The notes: generated by a model not told the origin, from the letters alone. DNA of 63,384 bases, filler included, from Actinomycetota bacterium (GCA_025963875.1; 7 parts of 7 records of this genome joined end to end with filler, not necessarily neighbours in it), one strand, 5' to 3'. Positions 9,603 to 18,438 are shown, counted from the whole stretch's first letter. Made by a program: numbers and translations.

Positions 9603-10450
9603 CTGGCGGTTCCTTTCGCCTCGTGGCCTCCGCCCCCGGCCAACCTCCCTCCGTTGGCGCTCGGTACTGTCCCGTTGGTCGTGCCCAGAGGATGCCCGTT
9701 CGGCGAAACCAGACCCACCGGACCGGGCTCGAAGCCCCGCCCCCTCAGCTCGCTCACGATCGGCTCCAACGCCCCCAGGGTGCGACGCCACGACCCCGAT
9801 GAGGAGTACGCCTCGGCGTCGTGCAGCAGGATGATGTCACCGTCACGAACGCCCGACATCACTCGGTGGCGGATGAGCTCGGGGGTGGCGGCCTGCTCCC
9901 AGTCCCTGCCCCATCGGGCCCACAGCACCCGCTCCCACCCAAATCTGGCAGCGGTCACCCACGACGCTGCGTTGAACACGCCGTAGGGAGGCCGGAAGTG
10001 CCGGATCTCCGCCCCCGTCTCGCCGGTGATCGTGTCCCGGGCATCCCGGAGGTCCCTGATCGTCGCCGGCGGCGTCAGCCGCAGGTGGTTTAGGTGGCGG
10101 TAGCCGTGGCAGGCGATCTCGTGGCCCGCCTCGACGATCCGCCGTGCTGCGTCCGGCGAGCGGCGGACCTGCTCGCCGACGACGAAGAAGGTGGCCTTGA
10201 CGTCGAGCTCCTCCAGGGCCTCGAGGAAGCTGTCGACCGCCCCGGTCTCCGGGCCGTCGTCGAAGGTGAGGCCCACCCGGCCGGGGGGCCGGCCATCGAC
10301 CCGACTATCGCCACCGACCCGGCCGTTCAGGCGCCGGGTCGTCCGGAAGAGGCTGCGGCCGCCGGGCACCGCGGCGAGCGCGGGCAGGGCATGACCCACG
10401 GCGAGGGCTGCGGCGGCGGCTGTGGCCGCCCGGACGCGGGAGACGTTCAC
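9599..10450 (-). CDS. Polysaccharide deacetylase (CE4/NodB)
   Basis: TFDDGP, HGYRH, FRPPYG and ILLHD motifs all intact. Confidence 0.93.
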   Translation of the reverse strand: MNVSRVRAATAAAAALAVGHALPALAAVPGGRSLFRTTRRLNGRVGGDSRVDGRPPGRVGLTFDDGPETGAVDSFLEALEELDVKATFFVVGEQVRRSPDAARRIVEAGHEIACHGYRHLNHLRLTPPATIRDLRDARDTITGETGAEIRHFRPPYGVFNAASWVTAARFGWERVLWARWGRDWEQAATPELIRHRVMSGVRDGDIILLHDAEAYSSSGSWRRTLGALEPIVSELRGRGFEPGPVGLVSPNGHPLGTTNGTVPSANGGRLAGGGGHEAKGTAS

Positions 10451-10456
10451 AGTTCT

Positions 10457-12340
10457 CTAGCCGGTGCGGGCGCGAGCGGCGTGCAGGTTCACGACCTTGA
10501 GGCCACCGGCGGCTGCTCCGTCGAGGAACTTCGAAAGCAGGACCGGGGCCCTGTCCGGGGAGGTGTGGCTGAGGTCGAGGACCACGACGTCGCCCGTCGC
10601 GAGGTGCTTGAGGGCTCCCTTGTCCGTCCGGATCCAGTGCGTCCCCACGACGCCCCGCTCGTGGGCCGACCTCGCCGCCAGGTAGGCGGCGGGGTTGAGC
10701 GGACCCCGGGATGGGAGGTAGTAGGCAGGCAGGTGACCCGTCGCTCCCTGGATCTCCTCGCTCCCCTCGGTCACGGCCCGCCGGACCCCGGACGGCGTGG
10801 AGAGCCGGGAGACGGCCTGCGCCGTCCCGCCGTTCTGGATGTCGCCCACCGACTGCATCGCCGTCAGGAGCTCCTTGTGCGCCTCGAGGACGTCGGCGGG
10901 AAGGAAGAAGCTGGCTGTGGCATTGTGCGACGCGAGCACGGCGGGGAGGGCCGCCACCACCGCGGGATCCGAGGCTCGGATGCAGAGGGCGACGGTCTGG
11001 GGCGAGGTCCTGGCGCTGGCGCCCTGCATCACCGGGAGGCCGAGGTGGCCGGCGGCGAAGGACACCGACGTGCCGCTCGTGACGAGGGCGAAGGCGGCGA
11101 GCACCGCGGCGGCCACACCCGAGAGCCGGAGGCGCCAGCTTCGGGTTTTGGCCCGCGCGGCGACGGCCTGGCGCTGCGCCCCCGAGCCTCCGATCCCACC
11201 GCCGGCGAGTACCGGCTCGGGCAGGCCGATCGCGGCCCGGCTCCGTGCGCCCTCGTAGAGCTCCACGAGGCACGCACCTGCCGACGGCAGGGTGGCGAAG
11301 CCCTCCGCCAGGCGCTCGGCCCTGGGCCGCAGGCCGGGGTCGTCGCGGCAGGCGGCCACGGCTTCGGGGAGCTCCGCGGCGTTGCGGACGTAGCGGGCGA
11401 CCCCCACCCTGTCCATGAGCTCCCCATTGGCCACCCCGTGACCGGGGATGGCGTCGGTGATGAGCAGCGGGCACCCTCGGCGCAGCGCCTCGAGCGAGGT
11501 GAGGCCCCCGGCGTTCTGGACGGCGAGATCGCAGGCGTCGATGAGGTCCGGCATGTTGTCGACGAAGCCGAGGATGATCGAGCGCGGCGGCGGGTTGTCC
11601 ATCAGCTTCTTCTGCAGCTCGGCATTGCGCCCGCAGACGACGAGCGTCCAGATCCCGTCCACCGAGGCGACGGAGCGAGCGGAGCGCTCGATGTTGCCGA
11701 CGCCCCAGCCCCCGCCGATGACCATGGACACGAAGGCATCCTCCGGCACCCCGAGGGCCTCGCGGGCCTCCACCCGGCGGGAGGGGCCGAGGAAGCGCTT
11801 GGAGACAAGGGGGGCGACGACGGTCGTGGGCGACGGCTCCATCATCGTGGCGACCATCTCGATGGTCGAGATGTGCATGACGTAGTTGTCGTCGAGGTCC
11901 GGATACATCCACATCGGGTGCGGGGCGAAGTCCGTCACGAGGTTGGCGCACGGCAGCTTGACCTTGCCGCGGCGCTTCAGCGAGGCGAGCATCGCCGAGG
12001 TGAGCGGGTAGGTGGAAAGGACGACGTCGGGCGACAAGTAGTCGATGAGGCGGTCGATCTTCCGGCAGCCGATGACCGAGCAGAGGCCCTTGTAGAAGTG
12101 GGTCACGCGCTTGCTCTTCACGATGGACCAGTAGAGCCACGAGTACGACCACTGGGCCTTGTTGAGCTGGATCTTGTAGCCGTCGACGACGAAGCGCTCC
12201 CAGAAGGCCCCCACCCGGGCCAGGCCGTTCTCCACCTGGATCTCCGCGTCGGGGTGCAGCTGGCGGATCTCCTCGCTGACCGCCCGTGCCGCGGCGTTGT
12301 GACCTTCCCCGACGGATGCCGTCAGGATCAGTACCTTCAC
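10457..12340 (-). CDS. MGDG-synthase/UgtP-like GT28 glycosyltransferase fused via a TM segment to a degenerate NodB-like domain
   Basis: GEGHNAAA, STYP, VTDF, GGGWG, VCGRN, GGLTSLEA, PG..NG. C-terminal region ATASFFL...YYLPSRG...GDVVVLD is NodB-like. Confidence 0.85.
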   Translation of the reverse strand: MKVLILTASVGEGHNAAARAVSEEIRQLHPDAEIQVENGLARVGAFWERFVVDGYKIQLNKAQWSYSWLYWSIVKSKRVTHFYKGLCSVIGCRKIDRLIDYLSPDVVLSTYPLTSAMLASLKRRGKVKLPCANLVTDFAPHPMWMYPDLDDNYVMHISTIEMVATMMEPSPTTVVAPLVSKRFLGPSRRVEAREALGVPEDAFVSMVIGGGWGVGNIERSARSVASVDGIWTLVVCGRNAELQKKLMDNPPPRSIILGFVDNMPDLIDACDLAVQNAGGLTSLEALRRGCPLLITDAIPGHGVANGELMDRVGVARYVRNAAELPEAVAACRDDPGLRPRAERLAEGFATLPSAGACLVELYEGARSRAAIGLPEPVLAGGGIGGSGAQRQAVAARAKTRSWRLRLSGVAAAVLAAFALVTSGTSVSFAAGHLGLPVMQGASARTSPQTVALCIRASDPAVVAALPAVLASHNATASFFLPADVLEAHKELLTAMQSVGDIQNGGTAQAVSRLSTPSGVRRAVTEGSEEIQGATGHLPAYYLPSRGPLNPAAYLAARSAHERGVVGTHWIRTDKGALKHLATGDVVVLDLSHTSPDRAPVLLSKFLDGAAAGGLKVVNLHAARARTG

Positions 12341-12388
12341 TTCACTCAGCCGTCCTCTCCGGACCTGTGCCTGGGCATGCTAGCCCGA

Positions 12389-12425
12389 CGTTCATACAGC
12401 CCTCCGCATGAGGGCTCTGTGAACG
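12389..12425. other. Imperfect inverted repeat between bldD-like gene and glycosyltransferase operon
   Basis: CGTTCA..AGCCCTC / GAGGGCT..TGAACG. No U-tract, so it could be a terminator/attenuator or an operator. Confidence 0.5.
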
Positions 12426-12467
12426 ATTCTGCCGCATCGCGGCACGGCCCTGCAGGATTCCGGCTGT

Positions 12468-12968
12468 TCAGTGGACGATTGCCGCTTTCACGCCGAGCCC
12501 TTCGAGGCGGCCCAGTAGGACTTCTGGCGACTGCTCGAGGACACTGGCGAGCGCCCGGAGGTCGTCGAAGCGGATGGTGAGCACCCTGCCGTTGAAGTCG
12601 CCCCGCTGCATCTGGACCATGTTGACGTAGCGCTGCAGGACGGTGGACTCGGGCCCCTCGGACTCGAGGAGGCGCACGAGGTCGATCCGCACCCTCCCGG
12701 GCCCGCCGCCCGGGCTGTGGCTGTCGCCGCCCGTCTCCTCATCGGCATCGCGCGGCAGCAGCTGGTCGACCGGGACGCCGTAGAAGCGGGCGAGCCGCTG
12801 CAGGCGGGGCACGGAGATGCTTCGTTCCCCCCGTTCGTAGGCGCCGAGCACCGACGCCTTGAACTCGTCCCGCGAGGTGATCTCCACGTCGTGGAGCGAA
12901 AGGGCTTTCTGGAAGCGCACATTGCGCAGCCGCTCCCCAACTGCCTGTGCATAGTTCACCGTCGTCAT
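12468..12968 (-). CDS. bldD: BldD-like XRE-family regulator with c-di-GMP-binding C-terminal domain
   Basis: HTH: GERLRNVR..LSLHDVE...SVLGAYERGERSISVPRL..LA.FYGVPV. CTD carries the intact RxD-x8-RxxD signature (RGD-FNGRVLTI-RFDD). Confidence 0.88.
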   Translation of the reverse strand: MTTVNYAQAVGERLRNVRFQKALSLHDVEITSRDEFKASVLGAYERGERSISVPRLQRLARFYGVPVDQLLPRDADEETGGDSHSPGGGPGRVRIDLVRLLESEGPESTVLQRYVNMVQMQRGDFNGRVLTIRFDDLRALASVLEQSPEVLLGRLEGLGVKAAIVH

Positions 12969-13090
12969 CGACCCAGGCTCGCTTCTGCTGGTCACGCTCC
13001 GAAGCCGATTGTACCCGTTTCCACCGCAGAGAGTGGGCACAAAAGCCTGGAATGACTCGTTTGGTCCCTGATTGGTAGGCCGTCAACAAA

Positions 13091-13277
13091 TCATCCCAGC
13101 CTCCCGAAGTGCTGCAGGACGAGGGCCGCAGCCACCACCGAGGCCGTCTCGGTCCGCAGGATCTGGGGGCCGAGCGATACCGGGACGGCGCCGGCAGCCG
13201 AGAAGGTGGCCACCTCGCCGTCCGAGAGGCCTCCTTCGGGGCCGACGACCACCCACACGGACTCGGCGCCGGCCCCC
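13091..13277 (-). CDS. rsmE: 16S rRNA m3U1498 methyltransferase RsmE, C-terminal fragment (contig end)
   Basis: Manual translation: VVVGPEGGLSDGE...SLGPQILRTETA...LG*. Not in the ORF track. Confidence 0.92.
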
Positions 13278-13377
13278 NNNNNNNNNNNNNNNNNNNNNNN
13301 NNNNNNNNNNNNNNNNNNNNNTTAATTAATTAANNNNNNNNNNNNNNNNNNNNNNNNNNNNNNNNNNNNNNNNNNNN

Positions 13378-13665
13378 GCGACCCTCGAGCCGTCGATCCC
13401 CAAACGCAAGGGCCACGTCTTCGTCGACGCCAACCAGAACGCCAAGGGAAAGACCCTCGTCGCGCCGTACTCGGTCCGGCCGTACCCGGGAGCGCCGGTT
13501 TCGATGCCGCTGCGCTGGGAGGAGCTCGACGGGGACTTCCTGCCCGAGCAGTTCACCATCGCCACAGCTTTCGACCGCATCGAGGTGGTGGGCGACCTGT
13601 TCGCCCCCACCCGGATGCACCGCCAGGACCTGCACCCCGCCCTGGAGCAGCTCCGGGGGCCATGA
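13378..13665 (+). CDS. LigD primase-polymerase domain, C-terminal fragment (contig start)
   Basis: Manual translation: RKGHVFVDANQNAKGKTLVAPYSVRPYPGAPVSMPLRWEEL. Confidence 0.88.
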   Translation, partial: ATLEPSIPKRKGHVFVDANQNAKGKTLVAPYSVRPYPGAPVSMPLRWEELDGDFLPEQFTIATAFDRIEVVGDLFAPTRMHRQDLHPALEQLRGP

Positions 13666-13685
13666 GCCCGTACAATCGCTGCGCC

Positions 13686-14723
13686 ATGAGCGAACTCACC
13701 TGGCCCACCGTGCTCAGCCGGTTGCTCTCCGGCCATGACCTCGCACAGCAGGAGGCCTCCTGGGCCATGGAACGCATCATGTCGGGCGAGGCCGCGCCCG
13801 CCCAGATCGGCGCCTTTGTGGCCGCCCTGCGGGCCAAGGGCGAGACCGTCGAAGAGATCGCAGGACTGGTTGCCACCATGCGGCGCCTCGCGCTCAAGGT
13901 CCCGGTGGACGGTCCCGTCGTCGACACCTGCGGCACGGGGGGCGACCGTGCCGGTACGGTCAACGCCTCGACGATGGCCGCGTTCGTCGTAGCGGGCGCC
14001 GGGGGCAAGGTGGCCAAGCACGGCAACCGCGCAGCCTCGAGCGCATCCGGATCTGCCGATATCCTCGAGGCGCTCGGCGTCCGCATCGACCTCGGTCCCG
14101 ACGCGGTTGCCACCTGCATCGGGGAGGTGGGCATGGGGTTCTGCTTCGCCCCGATCTTCCACCCCTCCTTCCGCCACACGGCAGTCGTACGGCGCGAGCT
14201 CGGCGTCCCCACGGTCTTCAACTTCCTCGGCCCCCTCACGAACCCCGCCGGGGCGCGCCATCAGGCCCTCGGCGTCTCGGACCGGTCGATGGCGCCGAAG
14301 ATGGCCGAGGTCCTGTCCCGGACCGGCAGCGTGCATGCGCTCGTGCTCCGGGGGTGCGACGGCCTCGATGAGATCACCCTGTCCGGGCCCACCGAGGTCT
14401 GGGAGCTCCGGGACGGGGCCGTCACCGAGTCGGTGATCGATCCGGCCGAGCTGGGGATTGCGAGAGCGCCGAGCGAGGCGCTCAGGGGCGGGGGCCCCGC
14501 CCAGAACGCGGAGCTGGCCCTCGAGGTGCTGGGTGGAGCTCCGGGGCCGTGCCGGGACTTCGTCCTGATCAACGCGGCGGCCGCCCTCGTGGCCGTAGAC
14601 CTGGTTCAGAGCCTCGCAGAGGGCCTTGCGGCGGCTGCGGAGTCGGTTGGCTCCGGGCGGGCGCTGGGGTGTCTCACCCGCTTGAGGGAGCTTTCCAACC
14701 AGCTCGCCGCTCCCCGTCCGTAG
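13686..14723 (+). CDS. trpD: Anthranilate phosphoribosyltransferase
   Basis: DTCGTGGD, KHGNRAASS.SGSAD, FNFLGPLTNP, GLDE. A TACAAT -10 lies just upstream. Confidence 0.96.
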   Translation: MSELTWPTVLSRLLSGHDLAQQEASWAMERIMSGEAAPAQIGAFVAALRAKGETVEEIAGLVATMRRLALKVPVDGPVVDTCGTGGDRAGTVNASTMAAFVVAGAGGKVAKHGNRAASSASGSADILEALGVRIDLGPDAVATCIGEVGMGFCFAPIFHPSFRHTAVVRRELGVPTVFNFLGPLTNPAGARHQALGVSDRSMAPKMAEVLSRTGSVHALVLRGCDGLDEITLSGPTEVWELRDGAVTESVIDPAELGIARAPSEALRGGGPAQNAELALEVLGGAPGPCRDFVLINAAAALVAVDLVQSLAEGLAAAAESVGSGRALGCLTRLRELSNQLAAPRP

Positions 14724-17700
14724 CCGCGTCCTGGTCCATGGCTGCGTCCCTGGCGTTGCGCCGCGCCCGCTTGTGGCCGTTGGATCCGTGGCTGCCGTTG
14801 CCACGGCCGTGGCCGTTGGCCCCGCCTCGGGTTCCCGTTCCTGCTCCGGTTCCCGATGGCGTCGCGGATTGGCCGACGGAGGGGAACGGCCGCTGTGACT
14901 CTGCCCGGCCCATCGCCATGGCGGCGGAAGGGAAGTGGCCCCTGCCGTCGTACACGAAGTAGCGCGGGCGCCATTCCGGCTCGAACATCTCGTCGACACG
15001 CCAGGGGCGGCCGGCCTGCTCCGGGCGGGAGAGGTGATCGAGGAGCCAGCGCTGGGCACGACCCCCGAGCCCGTCGGCGTCGCTCCGGGCGAGCTTGCGG
15101 CTCATCACCGAGAAGTTGAGCCCGAGGTAGTGGGTGCCCCCCGTGCCAAGGTGCAGGATCGTCTCGACGAGGATGGCCTCCACGAGGCGGGGAGGGATGT
15201 CGCGGGTGGTACGGCGCACCTGGTCGAGGGTGTAGCCGCCGATGGCGGGCGCCGGGACGAACTGGCAGAAGGCTGCGGGGTGGTTGTCCGGCCCCATGGC
15301 CACCGCGAGAAGCAGGTTGCGGTCCTCGGCGTCGAAGAGGCGGCCGAGGGTCATCGCGAGCCGCTGCTCGCATTCCGGCCGGCGGACCTCGGTGGCGAGG
15401 CCGCGCAGCGCGGACTCGAGATAGGCGTCGAGCCGTGCGGGGTCGAGGAACTCCACCCGGTAGCCCGCCTCCCTCACCTGCCGGACGGCTGCCCGCAGGT
15501 TGTCCGCCCGGGCCGGCTCCACGAAGCGGCGGCAGTCGACGATCGCCTCGTCCCCCACGTAGAGCTCCCGCATCCCGGAGCGCCGGTAGACCGGCAGCCA
15601 GTCATCCGAGGCACCGAGCACGGCGACGGGCCAGCCACGCCCGTCGGCGTAGCGGTGAAAGGCGTCCCAGGCGGCATCCCGCTCCCACGTGGGCCCGACG
15701 GGATCGGGTGACACCAGGCAGACCCGCCCGGTGACCGAGTGGGGCACGACCGTGTCGCCGTGGAAGAACAGCTCCTTGTCCTGGCGCAGGGCGAACGAGG
15801 AGAGGGAGTCGCCGGCGTGGACCGCGACAATCTCCCGGGCGCGCCCGATGCCGCTCCCGAGGGCACGCCGGGTCCCGTAGGCGGGCCGGAAGAACGTCCA
15901 GGCGGCGAGGGCGACGAGGCCGAGGCCGACGCCGACCATGGCCGAGGTCATGAAGTCGTTGACGTGGTCCGGCAACGCGATCGAGGTGATGCCGACCAGG
16001 CGCATCGTGACGGCGGCCAGGGCCTGCCCGAGCGGCAGGTGGGGATGCCGCACCCAGATGTGGACCACGGCAGTCCCGGCGAGGATGGCCGCCGCCGTGC
16101 CGGCCGCCGCAGTGATGAGGGCGTGGCGTACGCCGCCCCGTGCTGCGCCACCCCGGAAGGCGGACCGCTGAGCCGACAGGTAGCCGGCGACCCCCAGGGC
16201 GATGACCGCGGCCCCCACCTCGACCCCCTTGGCGAGATGGAAGAGGGCGGAGCCCACCAGCAGCCCCAATGCCGTCGCCCAGGCGCGGCGGCCGCCTCGC
16301 CGGACGCCGGCGGCCAGGAACAGCAGGCCCATGCCCGCCACCGCCACCAGTGCCCCTGCGAACTCGGGGATCGCCAGCGGCACGACGGAGCGGAGCCACT
16401 CGATGCGCTGGAACACCGGAGGCATGACCGCGGACACCAGGTTGAGGAGGCCCACGACGGCGATGGCGGTCGCGGCCCGGGCCCGCACCCGTCGTTGATG
16501 GCCCGCCTTGTCCGCAGGCGGCGGCCAGACGGCACCACCAGGCAGCGAGGCGACCACGCCGGGCCGGGCATCGGACGGCTGGCGTCGGACGTTGAGGCGC
16601 TCCAGGGTGGACCCGGCCGGCATCGGCTGGCGACCGCGCACGAGGCGGACGTGCAGGTCCGATCCCGCCTCGAGCTCGATCCAGGACGCCTGGCGAACCG
16701 GCCGGAAGATCGGGAGTGGTCCGATGCGTGCCCTGCACTCCTCCAGCACCTCCGCGCAGCAGCCGGTGTTGGCGTAGAAGCCGTCCCCGAGCGGGGTGAG
16801 CTCGGCAAGGTGCGAGTGGCCGGTGATCATGCCGGCGTAGCCGTCGCGGATGCGGGCAAGGGCGTCCACCCGCACGGAGTCGTTCCGCCCGCGGCGGGGG
16901 TCGAGGGCGGCGTTGGCCACCGCCTCCCACACGGCGTAGGCCGCCAGCGCCAGGGCTGCAACGACGAGCACCAGGTCGGCGACGACCAGGCCTCCGAGGA
17001 ACAGGAACCGGCCGGGCCAGTGCGCGATGCGCGCCCCGATGGCGGTCCTGGAGAACAGGCTGAGAGTGAGGGGGAGCTTCAGCAGGAGGGCCAGGAGGAA
17101 GGGGAGCACCAGCCACTTGAGGTGGCGGGCGAATCGCCGGTACGCCAGCCGGGATGCGATGAAGCGGGGGAAGGACAGCGGGTCCGGCAGGCTGTCGGCG
17201 TCGTTGAAGTACGCGTACTTGTGGATGGCCGGTGTGAGCTGCTGGACGACCCGGGTGCCGAGGGGGACGTCGAGTGGGTCCCGGGGATCGATGTAGGAGT
17301 TCGCAGAGTCGAGCCGGTGGCCGTGCTCCACCTGCACCCGCCGGACCCCCTGCCCGGTGTCGATCTTGAGTTCGAGGGCCAGGGCAAGCTCGCAGCAGAA
17401 GGCCTCCGTGACCGCGGCGGCGGCCCCCGAGTCCCAGGCGAGGCGGGAGTCGTGGTTCCCGAGCAGGTAGACCACCCGGCGGCCCTCGCAGGCGGCGAAG
17501 GCCCGGACCGCGCCTGTCAGGCGGCCCTCCTCCTCGAGCACGGTGCGCACGTCCCGGACGTCGCCGGCGACCAGTTCGAGGACGTCGCCCGCCAGGACAA
17601 GCACCCCCGGCCCCGAGGCGCGCTCGATGGCCGCGGTCAGATCTTCGACGGGGCGGTGGGAGCCGTGGCCCCCGAGATGGATGTCGCTCGCCGCCAGGAC

Positions 17701-17754
17701 CTGGCCGCCGGCCGGTACGTGGATGACGAGGAGGTCTGCGACGCCGGTGCTCAC
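14674..17754 (-). CDS. Fusion: calcineurin-like metallophosphoesterase + TM bundle + MprF/LysX-type aminoacyl-PG synthase domain (DUF2156)
   Basis: SDIH, GD, GNHD, HGH, GHSH, then about 6 TMs, then DSLSSFALRQDK, DPVG, GDEAIVD, NLRAAV, LGLNFS, FEPEWRPRY. Confidence 0.85.
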   Translation of the reverse strand: MSTGVADLLVIHVPAGGQVLAASDIHLGGHGSHRPVEDLTAAIERASGPGVLVLAGDVLELVAGDVRDVRTVLEEEGRLTGAVRAFAACEGRRVVYLLGNHDSRLAWDSGAAAAVTEAFCCELALALELKIDTGQGVRRVQVEHGHRLDSANSYIDPRDPLDVPLGTRVVQQLTPAIHKYAYFNDADSLPDPLSFPRFIASRLAYRRFARHLKWLVLPFLLALLLKLPLTLSLFSRTAIGARIAHWPGRFLFLGGLVVADLVLVVAALALAAYAVWEAVANAALDPRRGRNDSVRVDALARIRDGYAGMITGHSHLAELTPLGDGFYANTGCCAEVLEECRARIGPLPIFRPVRQASWIELEAGSDLHVRLVRGRQPMPAGSTLERLNVRRQPSDARPGVVASLPGGAVWPPPADKAGHQRRVRARAATAIAVVGLLNLVSAVMPPVFQRIEWLRSVVPLAIPEFAGALVAVAGMGLLFLAAGVRRGGRRAWATALGLLVGSALFHLAKGVEVGAAVIALGVAGYLSAQRSAFRGGAARGGVRHALITAAAGTAAAILAGTAVVHIWVRHPHLPLGQALAAVTMRLVGITSIALPDHVNDFMTSAMVGVGLGLVALAAWTFFRPAYGTRRALGSGIGRAREIVAVHAGDSLSSFALRQDKELFFHGDTVVPHSVTGRVCLVSPDPVGPTWERDAAWDAFHRYADGRGWPVAVLGASDDWLPVYRRSGMRELYVGDEAIVDCRRFVEPARADNLRAAVRQVREAGYRVEFLDPARLDAYLESALRGLATEVRRPECEQRLAMTLGRLFDAEDRNLLLAVAMGPDNHPAAFCQFVPAPAIGGYTLDQVRRTTRDIPPRLVEAILVETILHLGTGGTHYLGLNFSVMSRKLARSDADGLGGRAQRWLLDHLSRPEQAGRPWRVDEMFEPEWRPRYFVYDGRGHFPSAAMAMGRAESQRPFPSVGQSATPSGTGAGTGTRGGANGHGRGNGSHGSNGHKRARRNARDAAMDQDAATDGERRAGWKAPSSG

Positions 17755-17777
17755 CTGGGCGGATCTCCTGCCTCCCC

Positions 17778-17833
17778 AGGCGCCCCTCAGGGCGCCGGGT
17801 TCTTTTGTCGGAGGCGCCTCTCAAGGCGCCGGG
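17778..17833 (+). repeat. Two tandem copies of a dispersed REP-like palindrome GGCGCC-(C/T)CTCA(A/G)-GGCGCC-GG
   Basis: Copies at 17779-17796 and 17813-17830. Further copies at 18532, 22286 and 31331 (reverse). Confidence 0.75.
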
Positions 17834-17946
17834 TGTTCGTCTGTAGGCAAAAGCTTAACCCGCAGGACAAGCGGCCTGTGTCCGCACGGTTGGCGGTCTA
17901 TTTCCCTTGCTTCTTGGTGGCTCCCGTCGGGTGGTAGCGTCGGGGG

Positions 17947-18351
17947 GTGAAGCGACTGCGATGGATCCTTGTTGGCGCCGGCGCGATGGGCATCACCGCG
18001 CTCGTCGCGGTTCGCTTCCGTAACTTCCGTACGGAGGCGCCGCCCTCGCTGAACGGGCACCTGCCGCTGGAGCGGCGCGCCCATTCGGATCCCGAGGCCC
18101 TGCGGGCGCTGGTGGATGGCTCGGCGTTGCGGGTCGGCCTTGACCTCGATCGCCTGAAGGAGCTCAAGTCCGCCAACTTCAGGCCACTCATGGAGTACCT
18201 CGGCTACATCCAGGTGCAGCGGGGCGGCAGCGAGACGTTGCTGTTCGTCCGCTTGAAGGACCTCGACGAGCTGGCAGACCTGGCGGGCCAGAGCCGCGAG
18301 GAGTTCGTCAAGCAGTTCAAGAAGCTGGGTGTCCTGCTCTCGATGAACTGA
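17947..18351 (+). CDS. Membrane-anchored stand-alone BldD C-terminal-like domain protein
   Basis: N-terminal hydrophobic helix. Residues from RVGLDLDRL to KLGV align with the CTD of 12468-12968. An extended -10 (TGGTAGCGT) ends 6 nt before the GTG, which suggests a leaderless mRNA. Confidence 0.78.
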   Translation: MKRLRWILVGAGAMGITALVAVRFRNFRTEAPPSLNGHLPLERRAHSDPEALRALVDGSALRVGLDLDRLKELKSANFRPLMEYLGYIQVQRGGSETLLFVRLKDLDELADLAGQSREEFVKQFKKLGVLLSMN

Positions 18352-18393
18352 GGCACGCTGGACCGCCGGCCCGGTCTGCGCCGAGGCCCACCC

Positions 18394-18438
18394 AGATTCC
18401 GTCAAAAAGGGCCGCTGGCACACTTTTTGACGGAATCT
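18394..18438. repeat. Perfect 16-bp inverted repeat with 13-nt spacer
   Basis: AGATTCCGTCAAAAAG (18394-18409) / CTTTTTGACGGAATCT (18423-18438). Confidence 0.9.

Noticed and set aside
13278..13377. N-runs with TTAATTAATTAA (also 22442-22541, 29898-29997, 38647-38746, 47855-47954, 60278-60377)
   Set aside because: Artificial contig linkers with stops in all frames. Not biological, and ORFs running into them are truncated.
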